Source of the DNA: Blastocladiella emersonii ATCC 22665
Taxonomy: Eukaryota; Fungi; Blastocladiomycota
Length of the DNA stretch: 64,000 nucleotides
Assembly: GCA_025594325.1 (NCBI GenBank)
Contig: JANHCV010000010.1
Span: forward strand, 434,001 to 498,000
Direction: 5' to 3'
Position numbers and translations under genes: made by a program. This document shows positions 20,863 to 33,300 of this stretch, piece after piece (position 1 is the stretch's first letter; each line of letters opens with the position of its first letter). The notes beneath the pieces are model-generated. The model searched no databases and had not been told where the DNA came from. It saw only the letters and a list, made by a program, of their open reading frames with translations.

Positions 20863-22745
20863 ATGCATCATCCATCGCCGACCGCGACCGCAACCATGGC
20901 GACCCAGCGACCCTCGGCGGCGGCCGCCCGCGCCACCCCACCTTCCACCTCATCGGCCAGCACCGAATCCGATCCACCCTCCCATGCCATCCCACCACCC
21001 AAGCCGTGGTGGCGGCTCGTCGGGCCCGTGCTCATCGAGAACGCGCTCGTGACGACGGCCCTGGCTGTGCGGTGCCACACGGACCGCACGCTGACGCCCT
21101 TCTCGGCCGTCTTCTCGACCTCGGCGACGTGCGCGCCCGCCACCTTCCCGTGGTGGGCCTGGGCCTCGATCGCCGCCGCCACCCTCGCCGACTGCTGGCT
21201 CGAGCGCCGCCGCCTGCTGCGCCTCGACCTCGCTGTCGCTGCCAACGCGTCGCGCGTGCCGTACGGCGCTGCTTCGGCCCGTCCCGCATCAGCAAGGAGT
21301 AGTGGGGGTCTCGATAGCGAGAGCGACGCGGAACCGCTGCTCGTCCCGCCCCCGAACCCCGCCGCGTCCCCGTACCCGTCGCGCGTGTGGCCGCTCGAGG
21401 CCGTGACGCGGTCGCAGGCGTCGCCCGGGCTACTGTACGGCCTGTGCCTGCTCCCCGCGCTCCTGTCGCGGTCGTCGTACGCGTCCTTCGTGTCGCACGC
21501 CATCGCGTGGGAGGCGCTCGGGCTCGCCGCGACCCTCGTCGCCTTCGCCACCCGGTGGCTCGCCCCGCGCACCCTCGCCCGCGTCTTCCAGGCCGCCATG
21601 GTCCTGCACCTCCTCACCCCGAGCAACCCGTGGACCGTCGTCGCGCTCGCCGTCACGGCGGCGCCCACGCTGCTCCACGCGTTCCCGCGCGCTTTCTCGC
21701 TCGGCGAGGCGCTGACTGTGAGTACGGGCGTGGTCCTCGTTGCCGACTCGCTGCGCGCGCGGCCCACGCATGCGCATGTTGTGGTCGCCGCGATGCAGCA
21801 CCTCGCGATCGGCACCGCGTGCGCGTGTGCGTGCGCTGCGCCCCGCGTCGCGCAGCTCCGACATCTCGCCAAGGGGAAGGGCAAGCCCGGCCAGGCCGAG
21901 CGCGACCGCAACGTCGCGTCCATGTGGCTCCACGGGATTCTCGCTGCCGTCGTGTTTTTTGGCGTCACGCCGCTCATGTACCTCCGGTCGGGACACGAGC
22001 CATGGACCTGGTACGTTCCGCTTCGCACCGCGCGCTCGGAAACTGTGTCTCACCGAACGCTCGCGAACGTAGGGTGATCGGCTACATCCTGACCTCGCGC
22101 GGCAACTCGCTGATCGTGGCGTACTGGCTGGCCGTCCTCGCCGTCGGGTACTGGGTATTCCCGTCGCACCGGTCCGCCAACACGCAGCGCAAGTCGTACC
22201 ACCTCATGGCCATCGCCATCATCCTGCCGGGCTACTTCTGGACCCCCGTCTTCACCTCGCTCGCCCTCGTCGTCGCCCTCTCCTCCTTCGTCTTCGCCGA
22301 AATCCTGCGCCTCGCCCGCGCCCCACCGCTCGGCGCCCTCCTCGACGACTCGCTGTCCCCTTTCCGCGACGACCGCGACGAGTCGCCGCTCCTCACCTCG
22401 CACATCTACCTGCTCCTCGGCATCGCGCTGCCCGTCTGGGTCGGCGTCATCGAGGGCACCTGGCGCGCCGGACTCGCGGGGATGGCGGCGCTCGGCGTCG
22501 GGGACGCTGTCGCGAGCCTCGTCGGACGCCGCGTCGGGTGGTGGCGCTGGCACTCGCGCACCAGCAAGAGCGTCCAAGGGTCCGTCGCGTTCGTCGCCGG
22601 CGCGCTCGCGTTCTTTGTCGCGCTCGGCGAACCCCTCACGCTCCCGCTCGTGGTGGCCGTCGCGGCGACGGCGTTGGTTGAGGCGGTCAGCTCGCAGTTC
22701 GATAACTTTGTCGTACCGCTCGTTATGCTGCTCACCATCATGTGA
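20863..22745 (+). CDS. SEC59: Dolichol kinase (intron 22011-22072)
   Basis: RKSYHLMA, DDRDESPLLTSHIYLLLGIALPVW, GVGDAVASLVG, SKSVQGS, SQFDNFVVP; multiple TM segments. Start could be 20863 or 20896. Confidence 0.93.
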
Positions 22746-23240
22746 AATGAAATCGAATTTTACGCCTTCTGTACCCGCTGCTCGAGCTCCCAGAACACCC
22801 GCACCGTCGAGTCCATGGCCGCGAGCGCCGCCGCGCGCTCGGCGTTGGGCGAGGGCGGCTAGCCGCGGACTCGGCAAGCACGGCGCACAGCTTCGCCTCG
22901 TCCATTCGTTGCGCTTGGCGAACCGCTAACGCTCCCACTCGTCGTCGCGGCCGCGGTCGCCGCCACCGACCTCAGCTTGCTCGTCGTCGAGATCGCGGCC
23001 ATCGCGCTCGTCGAGTCCGTCAGTTCGCAGTTCGATAACTTCGTGGTTCCGCTCGTCACGCTGCCCAACACCAGTTGAACGAAAGAATCATGACTTCTTA
23101 TTGTTGACCTGTTGCTCGAGCTCCCAGAACACGCGTACTGTCGGGTCCATGGCCGCGAGCGCCGCCGCGCGTTCCGCGTCGGGCGACGCTGGCGGGACCA
23201 TCTTGGCCGCGGACTCGGCGAGCACGGCGGATAGCTTCGC
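22620..23240. repeat. Tandem duplication of the convergent dolichol kinase / OXLD1 3' junction (about 22620-22900 and 22911-23240)
   Basis: The kinase tail (GEPLTLPLVV...SSQFDNFVVPLV) recurs at 22911-23078. The OXLD1 tail (AAMD.TVRVFWELEQ) recurs at 22777-22897. Confidence 0.9.
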
Positions 23241-23742
23241 CGTGTCACCCGCACCGCGGGCGAGCTCAGCCGCGGCCCATGCGTGCCGCTTGGCGTGCCA
23301 CGCGCGGAGCGAGCGGGATTGAAGCAGGAAGTCGTCCATGTACAGGTTCCACACGCTACACGGCAAGGAGAGTCAGCGACGGTCCACGATAGGGTACGCA
23401 GAGTCTGCAGAGCTGCAAGGTTGAGCAGGACCCACTGCTCTGAGCTGCCGTTACGAAGGAAGCGCACCAGTTGATACAGCCGGACATGCAGCAGTTATCG
23501 GGCGCCTCCGGGAGCATCGGGCGTGGGTCCGTGAACCCGAGGTCGGCGTCGTTGCTTGATGGCGGAGCGGCGGCGGGCCGTGCTGGTGCGGGCTCAGGGA
23601 TCGGGATGACGACCCTTGCGCGTCCTGGAGAGGCAGCTGCGAGATTGCGTGGCGCGTGCACGATGGCGGGCGCAGTGCGCAGACCAGAGCCGGCGAGCAC
23701 GGCAGCGTAGAAGCCCGCGGTGCGTGACAGACCAGCGGACAT
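23088..23742 (-). CDS. OXLD1: Oxidoreductase-like domain protein (intron 23356-23467)
   Basis: PEAPDNCCMSGCIN|CVWNLY matches the Oxidored-like signature PxPxxCCxSGCxxCVW; N-terminus resembles a mitochondrial leader. Confidence 0.85.
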
Positions 23743-24010
23743 GGTGCGAGCGAGGTCTATGGCGCCAGAGTCTCTAGCTCGGCTGCTGCCGGGAGACGAG
23801 TGAGCGGGCTGGACCGAGACAGTTTCATCAAGTTACATTATTGAGGCTTACATTGCGAACGTAACAGGGGAGAGATGGCCGCAGTGATCCGAACCATCAC
23901 GTTTTGACGTGGCTGGTCAGCGGCGAGGCCGACGAGTTCGCAAGCGAGCCAGCGACCACTCAAGCTCTCTCCTCGAGCGGAATCCTCGACACCCATGAAA
24001 CTAATGAACG

Positions 24011-25833
24011 ATGAACTCTATGCAAACAAAGCTTGACGTCAGCGAGATCGTCGAGGCCATTTTGGTTCGTGCGGTCAAGCTTCACGCTCCCCGCGACCTG
24101 CAGGGGATGCGGGCGTACCTTCGCGTCATGCCGCGCGCCCGTATCCCGAATGTGACGCGCGCGATTCTGGAACGCTGCCCAGCTTCGATTACGAGCAGGT
24201 TACGGAAGCTGGCAACGCCGAGTTGCTCAAGGTCATGCTTGCCTACGGCCCTACACCCAAGTTTGACAGTTTCCCCGTCCTGGCCGCGTATTTCCGAGGC
24301 CACGATGCAGTTATTGCACTCTGGCGAGACTTTCTCCCCAACGCGTTCGAGCTTCCCTCGTACTGCGAAAAACTGCTGCGCATTCCCCTGGCAATCGACG
24401 AACCTCGCCCGCTGCTTGGTCTTGCGCCGGGTGACGCGATGCTCTCCAAGCTATTCGATGCAATCGCCTCCGGCAAGCTGGAAGAAGTTGCTTTACAACA
24501 GAAGCGCCTGACTCTTTACGGCATCGAGACTCTCAACCATGCCCTCGCGTCCCCTTACCAGCGTGTGAAGACGATTTTGCTCATCGACTGTGACGTGACT
24601 CCGACCCGCGCTCGCCAGCTACGCATGCCTGATACCGTGACCAAGCTTGATCTCAGCGAAAACGCGTTCAGTAGCCCCAAATCTCCGGAACTACGGCTCC
24701 CGCCAGCATTGGCCGCACTCAGCCTGCGGGATTGCCATATCAACCAGCAAGGCGTCGTGCGTTTGATCTCAAACTTGCCTCCCCTTCTTACGAGCCTCGA
24801 CCTTTCTTGCCACAGCTTTGATTCAGCTACAGCGGCCGCGCTCGCGAAGCATCTTCCTTCAACGCTTGAGCGCCTGGTCCTACGTGGCAGCTTCTACAAA
24901 TCCGCCTCTATTGCGGGGATTCTGGAGCGGCTCCCCCTCAATTTGATCGAGCTGGATCTCAGCGAAGTTCTGCTCGAATCTGATTGCGAACAGTCCGCCC
25001 TCGTGGATCGACTGTGTCAGCTCTCAAAGCTCCGTCGGTTCTCAGTTACGAGCAGCAGGGTTTCTCCTGGGCGTGTCGTTGAGTCAGTTCCACTCTCGAT
25101 CAATGCCCTTGCAATCGACTGCTACATGAGCGACAACAAGTTAATCGCTGCCTTTGCCCAACGCAAACGCAAATGGCAGCAGCTCAATGAACTCACTCTC
25201 AACTATTGGGGCACCGACCCAGAGCCCATGTCCAGGTTGATTTTCGCTCTCCCGCTGGTGCTAACCAGTCTCGCATGCTATGGGTGCTCTCATTCTTACC
25301 CTCCTTGCCCCTTCCCAACGAACAGTCTCGCCCGCTGCAAGCTTTCGCTTTATGCACTTGACATCCAACGGGTCGAGTTCGACTCGAGTGGCGAATTTGT
25401 GTTTTCTGATACTCTCCAACAATCGTTGCGCGTCCTTCACTTGGAGGATTGTCGGAATTCGAAGCAAGGGTGGGCGAGCTTTTTCCAGCACCTTCCCACA
25501 GAACATATCACCCACCTCTCTTTTGCCAAGTCGAAGCTCGGCGACGCGGACGTCGAGAGTCTCTCCCAATGGCTCACGTGTGCTTTGTCGCTCACCAACC
25601 TCGTGCTACAATCCTGCGGTCTTACGAGCAACAGCGGAGCTCGGGTGGTCTCCGCCCTTCCCGAATCGATCGTGTCCATCGACCTGTCGCGCAACCTGGA
25701 CCTGGGTGACTCGGTCGTTGACCCGCTCGAAGCGCGCGTTCTGCCCTCCCTCGCGACCGTGAATGTTGATGGAACTTGCGTGTCGACCGAGGGCCGCGAG
25801 CGCTTGCGGTCGCTACTTGACCGCACTTCGTGA
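24011..25833 (+). pseudogene. LRR family copy 5 with one 1-bp frameshift near 24180
   Basis: MNSMQTKLDVSEIVEAILVRAVKLH...ERCP, then tgccc|agcttcgat switches frame to SFDYEQVTEAGNAELLKVML. The LRR body is intact to LLDRTS*. Confidence 0.85.
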
Positions 25834-26112
25834 CGCGGGTGGCTGTTGTGCTGCACTCCGACGCGTCAATCTATTTGTTCCAGCGTTCTGACAAATATAC
25901 CTCACGATGGTCCACTCTTCAAGCTGCCTCTGAGCCGTGTTTCAACTTAAACCCACGAACGTTGGGACGCGACTTGACGCGACTGACAGGTTGCGCGGCG
26001 CCACACACGTGATAGAGTATGTGGTGAGACAATCGGCGACGCGTTGAGCCCGCGGCCGCTCTAGCACTCCCATCAAGCGTAGGTACCTTGTTGCTAACGA
26101 AGCTAATGAAGA

Positions 26113-26910
26113 ATGAACTCCATGCAACCAAAACTTGACGTCGCCGAGATTGTCGAGGCCATCTTAGATCGCGCAGTCAAGCTTCACTCTAGAATTGACC
26201 TGCACGTTCACGAGGTACAAGCGTACTTGGCGTCATGCCGCGCGCTCGTGTCCCAAACGTGACGCGAGCGGTGCTGGAACGTTGCAAAGGGCGTTTGAAT
26301 TATCGTAGCGCGACATCTAACGGCAGCGCCCAGCTTTTGTGGCTCCTGCGAAATTACAGCAGTCAGGTGCTCACCATCGATTACTACTCTCTTGTATGTG
26401 CGCACGTGGACCAAGCCGACGCCGACTTGCTTTGCGATCGCTCGAATTTGAGCATGCTTTGGTACACGAGAGCAACGTGGTCCAGTTTGGCGAGGTCCTT
26501 GAACATTCTCTCCGTGCGCGATGCATCACGAGAAACACATCCTGGGCAACCCTCTTCCTACACCTCCCCGCCTCAAACATCACGCATTTCTCCTTTGCGG
26601 AAACCAAGTTGCAGCCGGCCGATATTCCTAGCCTTGAAGCGTGGCTCCAACGTGCAACTTCCCTGGTCAAGCACTCGCTCAGCGCATGCGGGTTGTCAAG
26701 CAAGTGTGCAGTTGAGCTGGTTCTCGCGATGTCGGATTCGCTCGTGGCAGTCGACTTCTCGCTCAACCGTGACCTGGGCGACGCGGTTATTGATGCGCTC
26801 GAAGCTCGCGCCCTGCCCGCTCTTGAAGCTGTGAATGTTTACCGCACTTGCGTGTCGGCCAAGGGCAACAACGCCTGCAATTGTTGCTTGACCGCGCGAC
26901 GTGACGCGAG
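26113..26910 (+). pseudogene. LRR family copy 6, internally deleted and frameshifted
   Basis: MNSMQPKLDVAEIVEAILDRAVKLH, frameshift to MPRARVPNVTRAVLERC, then a jump to the C-terminal LRRs (HLPASNITHFSFAETKL...ALPALEAVNV). Confidence 0.85.
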
Positions 26911-27443
26911 TGAATGCTGCATTGCGCACTGGCGCGTCGATTCTCTTGCTCCACCACATTTTTCACGAATATAGTTGTCGATAGCTCCTCTTCAAGCTGA
27001 TTTTGCACTGATTTTGTTCACACAGGGAGTTGGGAGGCGCGGGTCCAGCATGGCACGCGTCGCGACGCGTTCCAAGAACCTGTGTGTGCAGCGATACGCG
27101 CGGAACGAGCAAGACTTGGACGGCCTTGGACAGCAGGTTCGAATAAGCCGAGACGAGCGCGTTAGCGATGGCTGATTCGATGGATGATCCAGGTGTTTTA
27201 CGCCGAGGCGATGCAGGTCATGCTCTTTGAGGGAAAAGAGATGCGAAAGTCGCGATCGTGCAGAACTTAGGCGCTTGAAACGAGTGTCTCCACCGCGTCA
27301 AACCACCAATGATGCGCGACGCGGCCATGGACTTTCCGATTAGCGAAAACACGAAAGCAGGTTTTATATTGCTAACACACATCCTAGTAAGCTCTTCGCG
27401 CAGCTAAGGACGAGCGTGACGGGGATCAGTTGGGCTGGAACCG

Positions 27444-28829
27444 TCACGCGCGCTTGCTACCGCGAGTCACTGATTGATCGGCGTCGCGCCACCACTGAAC
27501 GATGCGCTCGAACCCCAGGCTATGCGCAAACCGCAGTGCGCAGAGAGCATGGCTGCGTCCAAGTTCAAGCGCTATGCCCGAGTCGAGCCACCACTGGAGC
27601 CGCGCGAGTGCTTGCTCTTCGTCGACTTCCGGCTCCACGATCGACCAGCCAAGAGGGCATGCAAGCTCGCCGCGCGGGAGATTGGCGAGAAACCAATCAA
27701 GGACAGAGATCCGGTTCAGTTTGCTCGCGTAGCCGACCATGTAATGCCAGAAGTGCTTGTAAACAGTACGAGTAGGCTTTGCGATCGCAAGGTCAAGCTC
27801 TTGGTTGGGTTTTTGGTCGTCGCCAGTGTCGGCGTAGTCGTATCCGTAATAGCCGTCGTCAAAAGCAGATTGGATCGAGTCGACTCCGTACTGCTCGCAA
27901 TTGTACCCGCGGTTTACACGGGGCCCCGAACTTTTGAGGTCTTCGTGGGGCACGTTGCGGTAGATCCAGGCAAGAAAGTCGAGATCCTCGGACACGATTG
28001 CATTGCGGGCGTGCTTGGACCAATCAGCTTGCTGCATAACGCTCTTGAAGCAGGGAAACGTGCGCTTGCACTCGTCAAGCACCTTGATGCTTCTGCGCTC
28101 CAGTGCATGGAGCGTCAATTCGAACTGGTATCCGCCCTTGGTCCATTTTCCAAAGTTCAACGTTAAAAGACGTTGGAAGACCTCGGTATCGCCGCGCTCG
28201 AAAGCGTTAAAAAAAGTGGTGCCGTCGACTTTGATGGGAAGACGAGACCCCGCCCACCAATCAATGACTCGAGTAAATCCTTCGCGCGCAGCTGCATCGA
28301 TGGCACTGGACGTGTAGGACAACATGAAGCCGTGACGGAGAAGCCAGTTCAAGACGTCGACCTGACCGTGTGCGGAGGCCTGATATGCAAACAGGGCGGA
28401 GCATGGAAAGTTACGGTCTGACTTGAAACGCTCGGTCAAAAGATCGGTGCGGCCGCTGGCACAGAGAAGTGCAAGGTAGAAGGCAGCTTCGTCATTCTCC
28501 TCCAGGGAAAGATCCCGGCGGTGCTCGATGAAAGCGTTCCAAACAGCTTGATTGGGTCTGTCAAGAAGATTCCAGACGCGCTTGTGGAGTGAAATCTGCA
28601 AGACAACGCGGCGCAGACGCGACAGGCCGGTGGCAACGCGGAGGAGATGAAGCGGGTCGGCCTCGCGGGGGTCCATCAGGACGACGCGCTCAAGAATATC
28701 CTCGATGAGCTCCCGAGGTAATCGTTGCATGAAGGAGGCGGGCTGGCACAAAGGAAGCGGCAAGGGCGGGGAACTGGGCCGTTCGGCACGAGACATGATA
28801 GCATGAGCTGTTGCATAAGGTGTTTTCAT
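27444..28829 (-). CDS. F-box-like + ankyrin-like repeat protein (461 aa)
   Basis: FMQRLPRELIEDIL; repeats YQASAHGQVDVLNWL, IDAAAREGFTRVIDWW, YASKLNRISVLDWF. Intact, intronless ORF. Confidence 0.8.
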   Translation of the reverse strand: MKTPYATAHAIMSRAERPSSPPLPLPLCQPASFMQRLPRELIEDILERVVLMDPREADPLHLLRVATGLSRLRRVVLQISLHKRVWNLLDRPNQAVWNAFIEHRRDLSLEENDEAAFYLALLCASGRTDLLTERFKSDRNFPCSALFAYQASAHGQVDVLNWLLRHGFMLSYTSSAIDAAAREGFTRVIDWWAGSRLPIKVDGTTFFNAFERGDTEVFQRLLTLNFGKWTKGGYQFELTLHALERRSIKVLDECKRTFPCFKSVMQQADWSKHARNAIVSEDLDFLAWIYRNVPHEDLKSSGPRVNRGYNCEQYGVDSIQSAFDDGYYGYDYADTGDDQKPNQELDLAIAKPTRTVYKHFWHYMVGYASKLNRISVLDWFLANLPRGELACPLGWSIVEPEVDEEQALARLQWWLDSGIALELGRSHALCALRFAHSLGFERIVQWWRDADQSVTRGSKRA

Positions 28830-29325
28830 CTGAGTGCGTTCTTAGCAGAAATTACACGAGAGGTGCGCGGTGCCTGGCAAGCTGGCCTCACGCGAGTCGC
28901 GGTACTAATTTCCGCACCAGCCGCAATCACGAGGCCGCACCTGTCAAATCTCCAGGTGGCGTCTCGCGTCTCGCACCCCCTTGGAGACATTCTTCCCAGT
29001 GTCCTCTGTCCCCTTCTTGAGTGCTAAAAAATATTGGTGAAGAGAGAGCACGGGTCTTGACGCGTGTTCCACACAAGAAAAAGATTTGCTTTGTCGTCAA
29101 CAAAGACCCAAGCGCGGACGCAAACGCGTCGTCTACCAGCGAATATATGTTCAGGGACGGCCAATTGTCGAGTTGACAAAGGTTGGCTGTGTCGCTGGCA
29201 CGCTGAGGTGGCTGGTTATCAACGGGAGCGCGGCGACCCAGTGCTCGCGTAGCAAGTCGTCGCTGGGGCTCTCAACGGCCAAAACCAAGCTCAACGTGGC
29301 CACTGGAGACGATCCGTGGCGTGGC

Positions 29326-30281
29326 CTAGCTCAACACGCTCACTTCCAACCTGCTCAAAAAGAGATCGAAATGGTGCCGAGGTTTATCGACGAAGACGCG
29401 GCCCACATCCTCGCCACCACAAGCGACATGCTTCGGTTGGTCAAGCGCGTCTCGATGCACGCGTTCTTCCTGCGTAAACAGGTCAAAAAAAAAAGTTACG
29501 AGCTCAACTAGGTGCTGTCCACGAAGAGCCGTGCCGACTACCTCACCAAGGTCGCGCCGCGCAACCAGTTCATCGAGGCGCTCAAGGCCGTGGGCTTGAT
29601 CAAGCTTGGGTGAAGACTGGGCGCCGAGATCCATGCGGGAGTGTTGCAGTGGGGTAGCTGCGAGCAGCGGGGTGGGTGCGAGAGCTGACTCAGGCGCGTG
29701 CGTGTCTCGCATGCCTCGCACGCACCCCACTACAGCACGTTTACACACGAATGATTGAGGATACCCGAGTCGTGCAGCGTGAGTTTCAGTATTTTGCGAC
29801 GATCTGACAAGGTGAAAGACCCAATCAAATCGAAGCGGAGTCTGCGGCCGTCATTACAGCGAAGAGCTGACGCAGAACCGACTTTGAATGGACCTGCATA
29901 TGAATTGGCTGCGATACTTGCTGAGAAAAGAGGCTTCAGCAACGAATAGTCTGCGGACTCAACGTCTGATTGCCAAGCTTCTCGGCTAGTCCGCGTCTTC
30001 GGCGGCAGCGTCCCAAGCTGTCGTATCAACGCAAGGCACAGCCCTCGCCGTAACTGGCATCGCCTAGAACTTTGGAAGCATCACATCGATCCTACAGATG
30101 GCTGTCGCGCAAAGACGAGACAGCTCGAAACGAGTTCCCGAGAAGCAAGCGGAACAGCCTAGCGCGGCGAAGCGAGGCCGACGACCTGCAGGACGAGCTC
30201 GACGGGAAGGTCTGACAGCCGAAAGTGGCCGTCAAGTGGGTCGGCCGATAGATTGCATAGAGTGCCTTCATTTGATTCCAT
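29326..30281 (-). pseudogene. Remnant paralog of the F-box-like gene at 35417-37818
   Basis: FRLSDLPVELVLQVVGLA vs FRLPDLPAELVTQVLHLA; EERVHRDALDQPKHV vs AQRVHQGLPYEAIDQFVHHV. Contains stops and frameshifts. Confidence 0.6.
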
Positions 30282-30396
30282 GGTTTTTGCGAGGTGGAGG
30301 ACTGTCGAGGGAGAGCGGGTTCTCGCCGAACGCGGTCGCCAACTTGGCCGCTCCCGTCCCTTCTCTCCCCCCTTCACAACCCCGAATGCTCATCTA

Positions 30397-33300
30397 ATGG
30401 ACTACCGGCGCACGGAACAGGGCGCAACGTACGCGCCGCTCGGCTCTGGTGGCGGTCCCTCAGCGGCGGCGCCCGCCCCTCCCACGACCGACGCGCCCGT
30501 TTCCGGGACGTCGCTGCCGTCGCCGCTCGGCCCGCCGTGCCCGCTGCTGTGCATCGCGCTCGTCGTCGGCTCGTCGCGCGGCCACCACATTGTCACGCAC
30601 CACCCGCCCGCGCCCGCCGCACCCTCTGCGAGCGCCGCCGCCGTCGCGCCCGCCGCCGTCGACGTGCCCTACCGCCACCTCGCGCTGGCGCCGCTGCACG
30701 GCCGCGTGCCGCTCGCCCTCGCGCGCGAGAACCTGCCTGCACCGATCGCCGCGCTCTCGACCGACGCGCCGTCCGGGATCCCGTCGCGTGCCGCGGCCGT
30801 GGCGGCACCTGCTCCCGCTGGCAAGTCGACGCAGCAACAGTCGACACAGGCGACCGTCCCGTCGGCAGCGGCGGCGATCCGCGGTGGCGTGACGGACCCC
30901 GTTGCGGCGTCATCGGACCGCGTCGCGGTCGGCGGCGACCGGTCGCGCTCACACGTCGACCTGCTGCGCGGCGTCAGCTCGCTCGGGATCGACGCCGGCG
31001 CGGGAGTGGCGGCAAGCGGGACCGTCGCGTCGGGCACGTCTACGCCGGCGCAGTCGCCAAGCCTCTTCTCGCCGTCGGTTGCTGCTGTCCCGCCGCTCCC
31101 GGCACACGTCGAGCCGCTGCCGAGCCCCGCTATCTCGCTGCCCGACCGCCCGCCGACCTCATCGGCAAAGCCCGTTCCGCCACCGCCGTCGTCGCCCGCT
31201 GCGACGCCCGAGTCTTCGACGCTGTTCGGGTTCGACCTGCCGATGCTCGCCGACCTCCTTGCCCCGAAACCCGCGTGCTGCGACACGCCCTTTGAGCTGC
31301 AGGTCGGCGACCTCATCTTCGTCGGCCTCCCCGTCGCGCTGACGGGAGCCAAGCTCGCGCCGCAGTGCGCCGGGTACCCCGGCATGGCGCCGTACTACCG
31401 CCACCGCATGGCGCGCTACGCCAACGCGAACCCCGACGAGAGTACCGGTGAGCCGTGTCGCGGGCGGGGCAGGGGATCCAACTCGCAGCAGCATGCGAAC
31501 GATCGTGACGATGTCGGCGCGGGCGGCGGCGGCGGGACCGACGACGACGGGTACGCGCTAAGCTCCGAGTCCGACGACTCGGACAGCGACTCGGCGGCGG
31601 ACGGGTGGCAGGCCGACGAGAGCGAAGACGAGGAGGACGAGGACGGCGACTCGGATATCGGAGATACGGACGACGAGGACGATGACGACGCAGACGACCT
31701 GTCGGGCAGCGAGGACGACGACGAGCGGCCGGGCTACTACTCGTCGTCCGCGCTCCGCTCGCCCAAGAAGCACGTGCGCCGGTGGCTCGCCAAGCAGTCG
31801 TTCCGCAATGCCGCGAACGCCGCGGGCGGCTCTTCGTTCGACTTTTCGGGTTCCGACGACGAGGGGACCACTGGCCGCCCCGCTTCCCGTCGTTCGCGCC
31901 GCAAGTCGGGTGGCGTCGGCGGCGGGGTCGACGCGCGCGCGGCTGCGCGCCACGCCCTGCACATCAACATGTTCCACGTCGTGTTCGTCGTCGCCGACCA
32001 TGGGCCCGCCACGCGCGAGTGGATCGAGGGCCTATACCGCCACGTCGCCGTCCCGCTCACCTGGGCCCTGCGCCACGAGCAGCTCCGCCACGAGTACATT
32101 TGCCGCCAGGCCGAGCGTCTCCTCGCGCACCGCGACCGCGCGGGAGGCAGCAACGGTGCCGGTGCTGGTGTGGTTGCAACGGGGACGGCATCGGCCGCGG
32201 ACGCGCTGCGCCGCGAGGCGACGTCAGCGAGCGCGGCGTCTCGCTCGGCCAGCACCGCCGACCTCGGCCGACTGTTCGGCGGGCGCTACAGCGCAGCTGG
32301 TGCAACTGGTCCGACAACCGCTGGCGGCAGCGCACCGCCTACGCCCTCGCTCGGCACCGCGGCGGCGGCGACCGTGTCGTCGTCGTCCTCGTCGTCGCTC
32401 GTGCAGCTCTTCTCGCGCATCTACGACGGTTTGCAGCGCGGCGTGCCGACACACGTTGTCGTCAACCACCACGTCCACCTCACGCTGCAGGTCCCGCCGC
32501 GGCGCGTGCCGCTCGCGCGCGACGTACTGGCGCTCGATGAGCTCGAGCCCGACTACGACTACGACGAGTCGGACGACGACGCCAACGGGATTGACGGAAG
32601 CAGCAGCAGCAACCCGTACTCGGGCCTGCCGTGGGACTGGGTCGACCCGGACCCCGTGGCCGTGGCCGTCGACCCGGCAAGCGTGCGGCCGGGCTTCTTC
32701 CCGCTGATCCGGTCGTACCACTCGCTCGCGCTGGTCGAGGACCGCGAGGTGGTGCTGCGCTCGCTCCCTGCTGACGCGAGCCCGCTGGTCGCCGAGTTTG
32801 TGCGGTGGTTCCGCCCGCACATGTCGTTCACCGAGGCGCACATCCACTTCCAGGTCCCGCTGTACCAGGTGCTGCGGGTGGCCGCGCACCTGCTGTTCTG
32901 GGGCAAGGCGCGGCTCGTGCACCCGGTCTCGCTGCGCAACGTGGTGGCGCTCGACCCGGACGCGGACCTGCGCGAGGTGCTGGCGGGCGCCGACGTACCC
33001 GGCTCGCTCGCGCGCGAGTTCCGCGACCGCTTTGCCGCGACCGCCAACCTCGACCTGACCGAGCTCCTCGTCGCCCTGTCGACGGGCTCGCCGCGGTTCC
33101 TGTCGGCGCACGTCCCGAACCGCGAGCTGCGGTCCGCGTACATTGACGCGGTCGCGCTGCTCGTCGCGCGCGGCGTGCTGGTCCAGCTGCACACGTACGT
33201 GTACCTCAAGGTGCCCGAGATCCTGGTCCGCGTCCCGGGGCTCGCGCTGTCCGACTTCGAGCAGCTGTGCGGCGCCGAGGGCGCGCCCGCCGTGCTCGGC

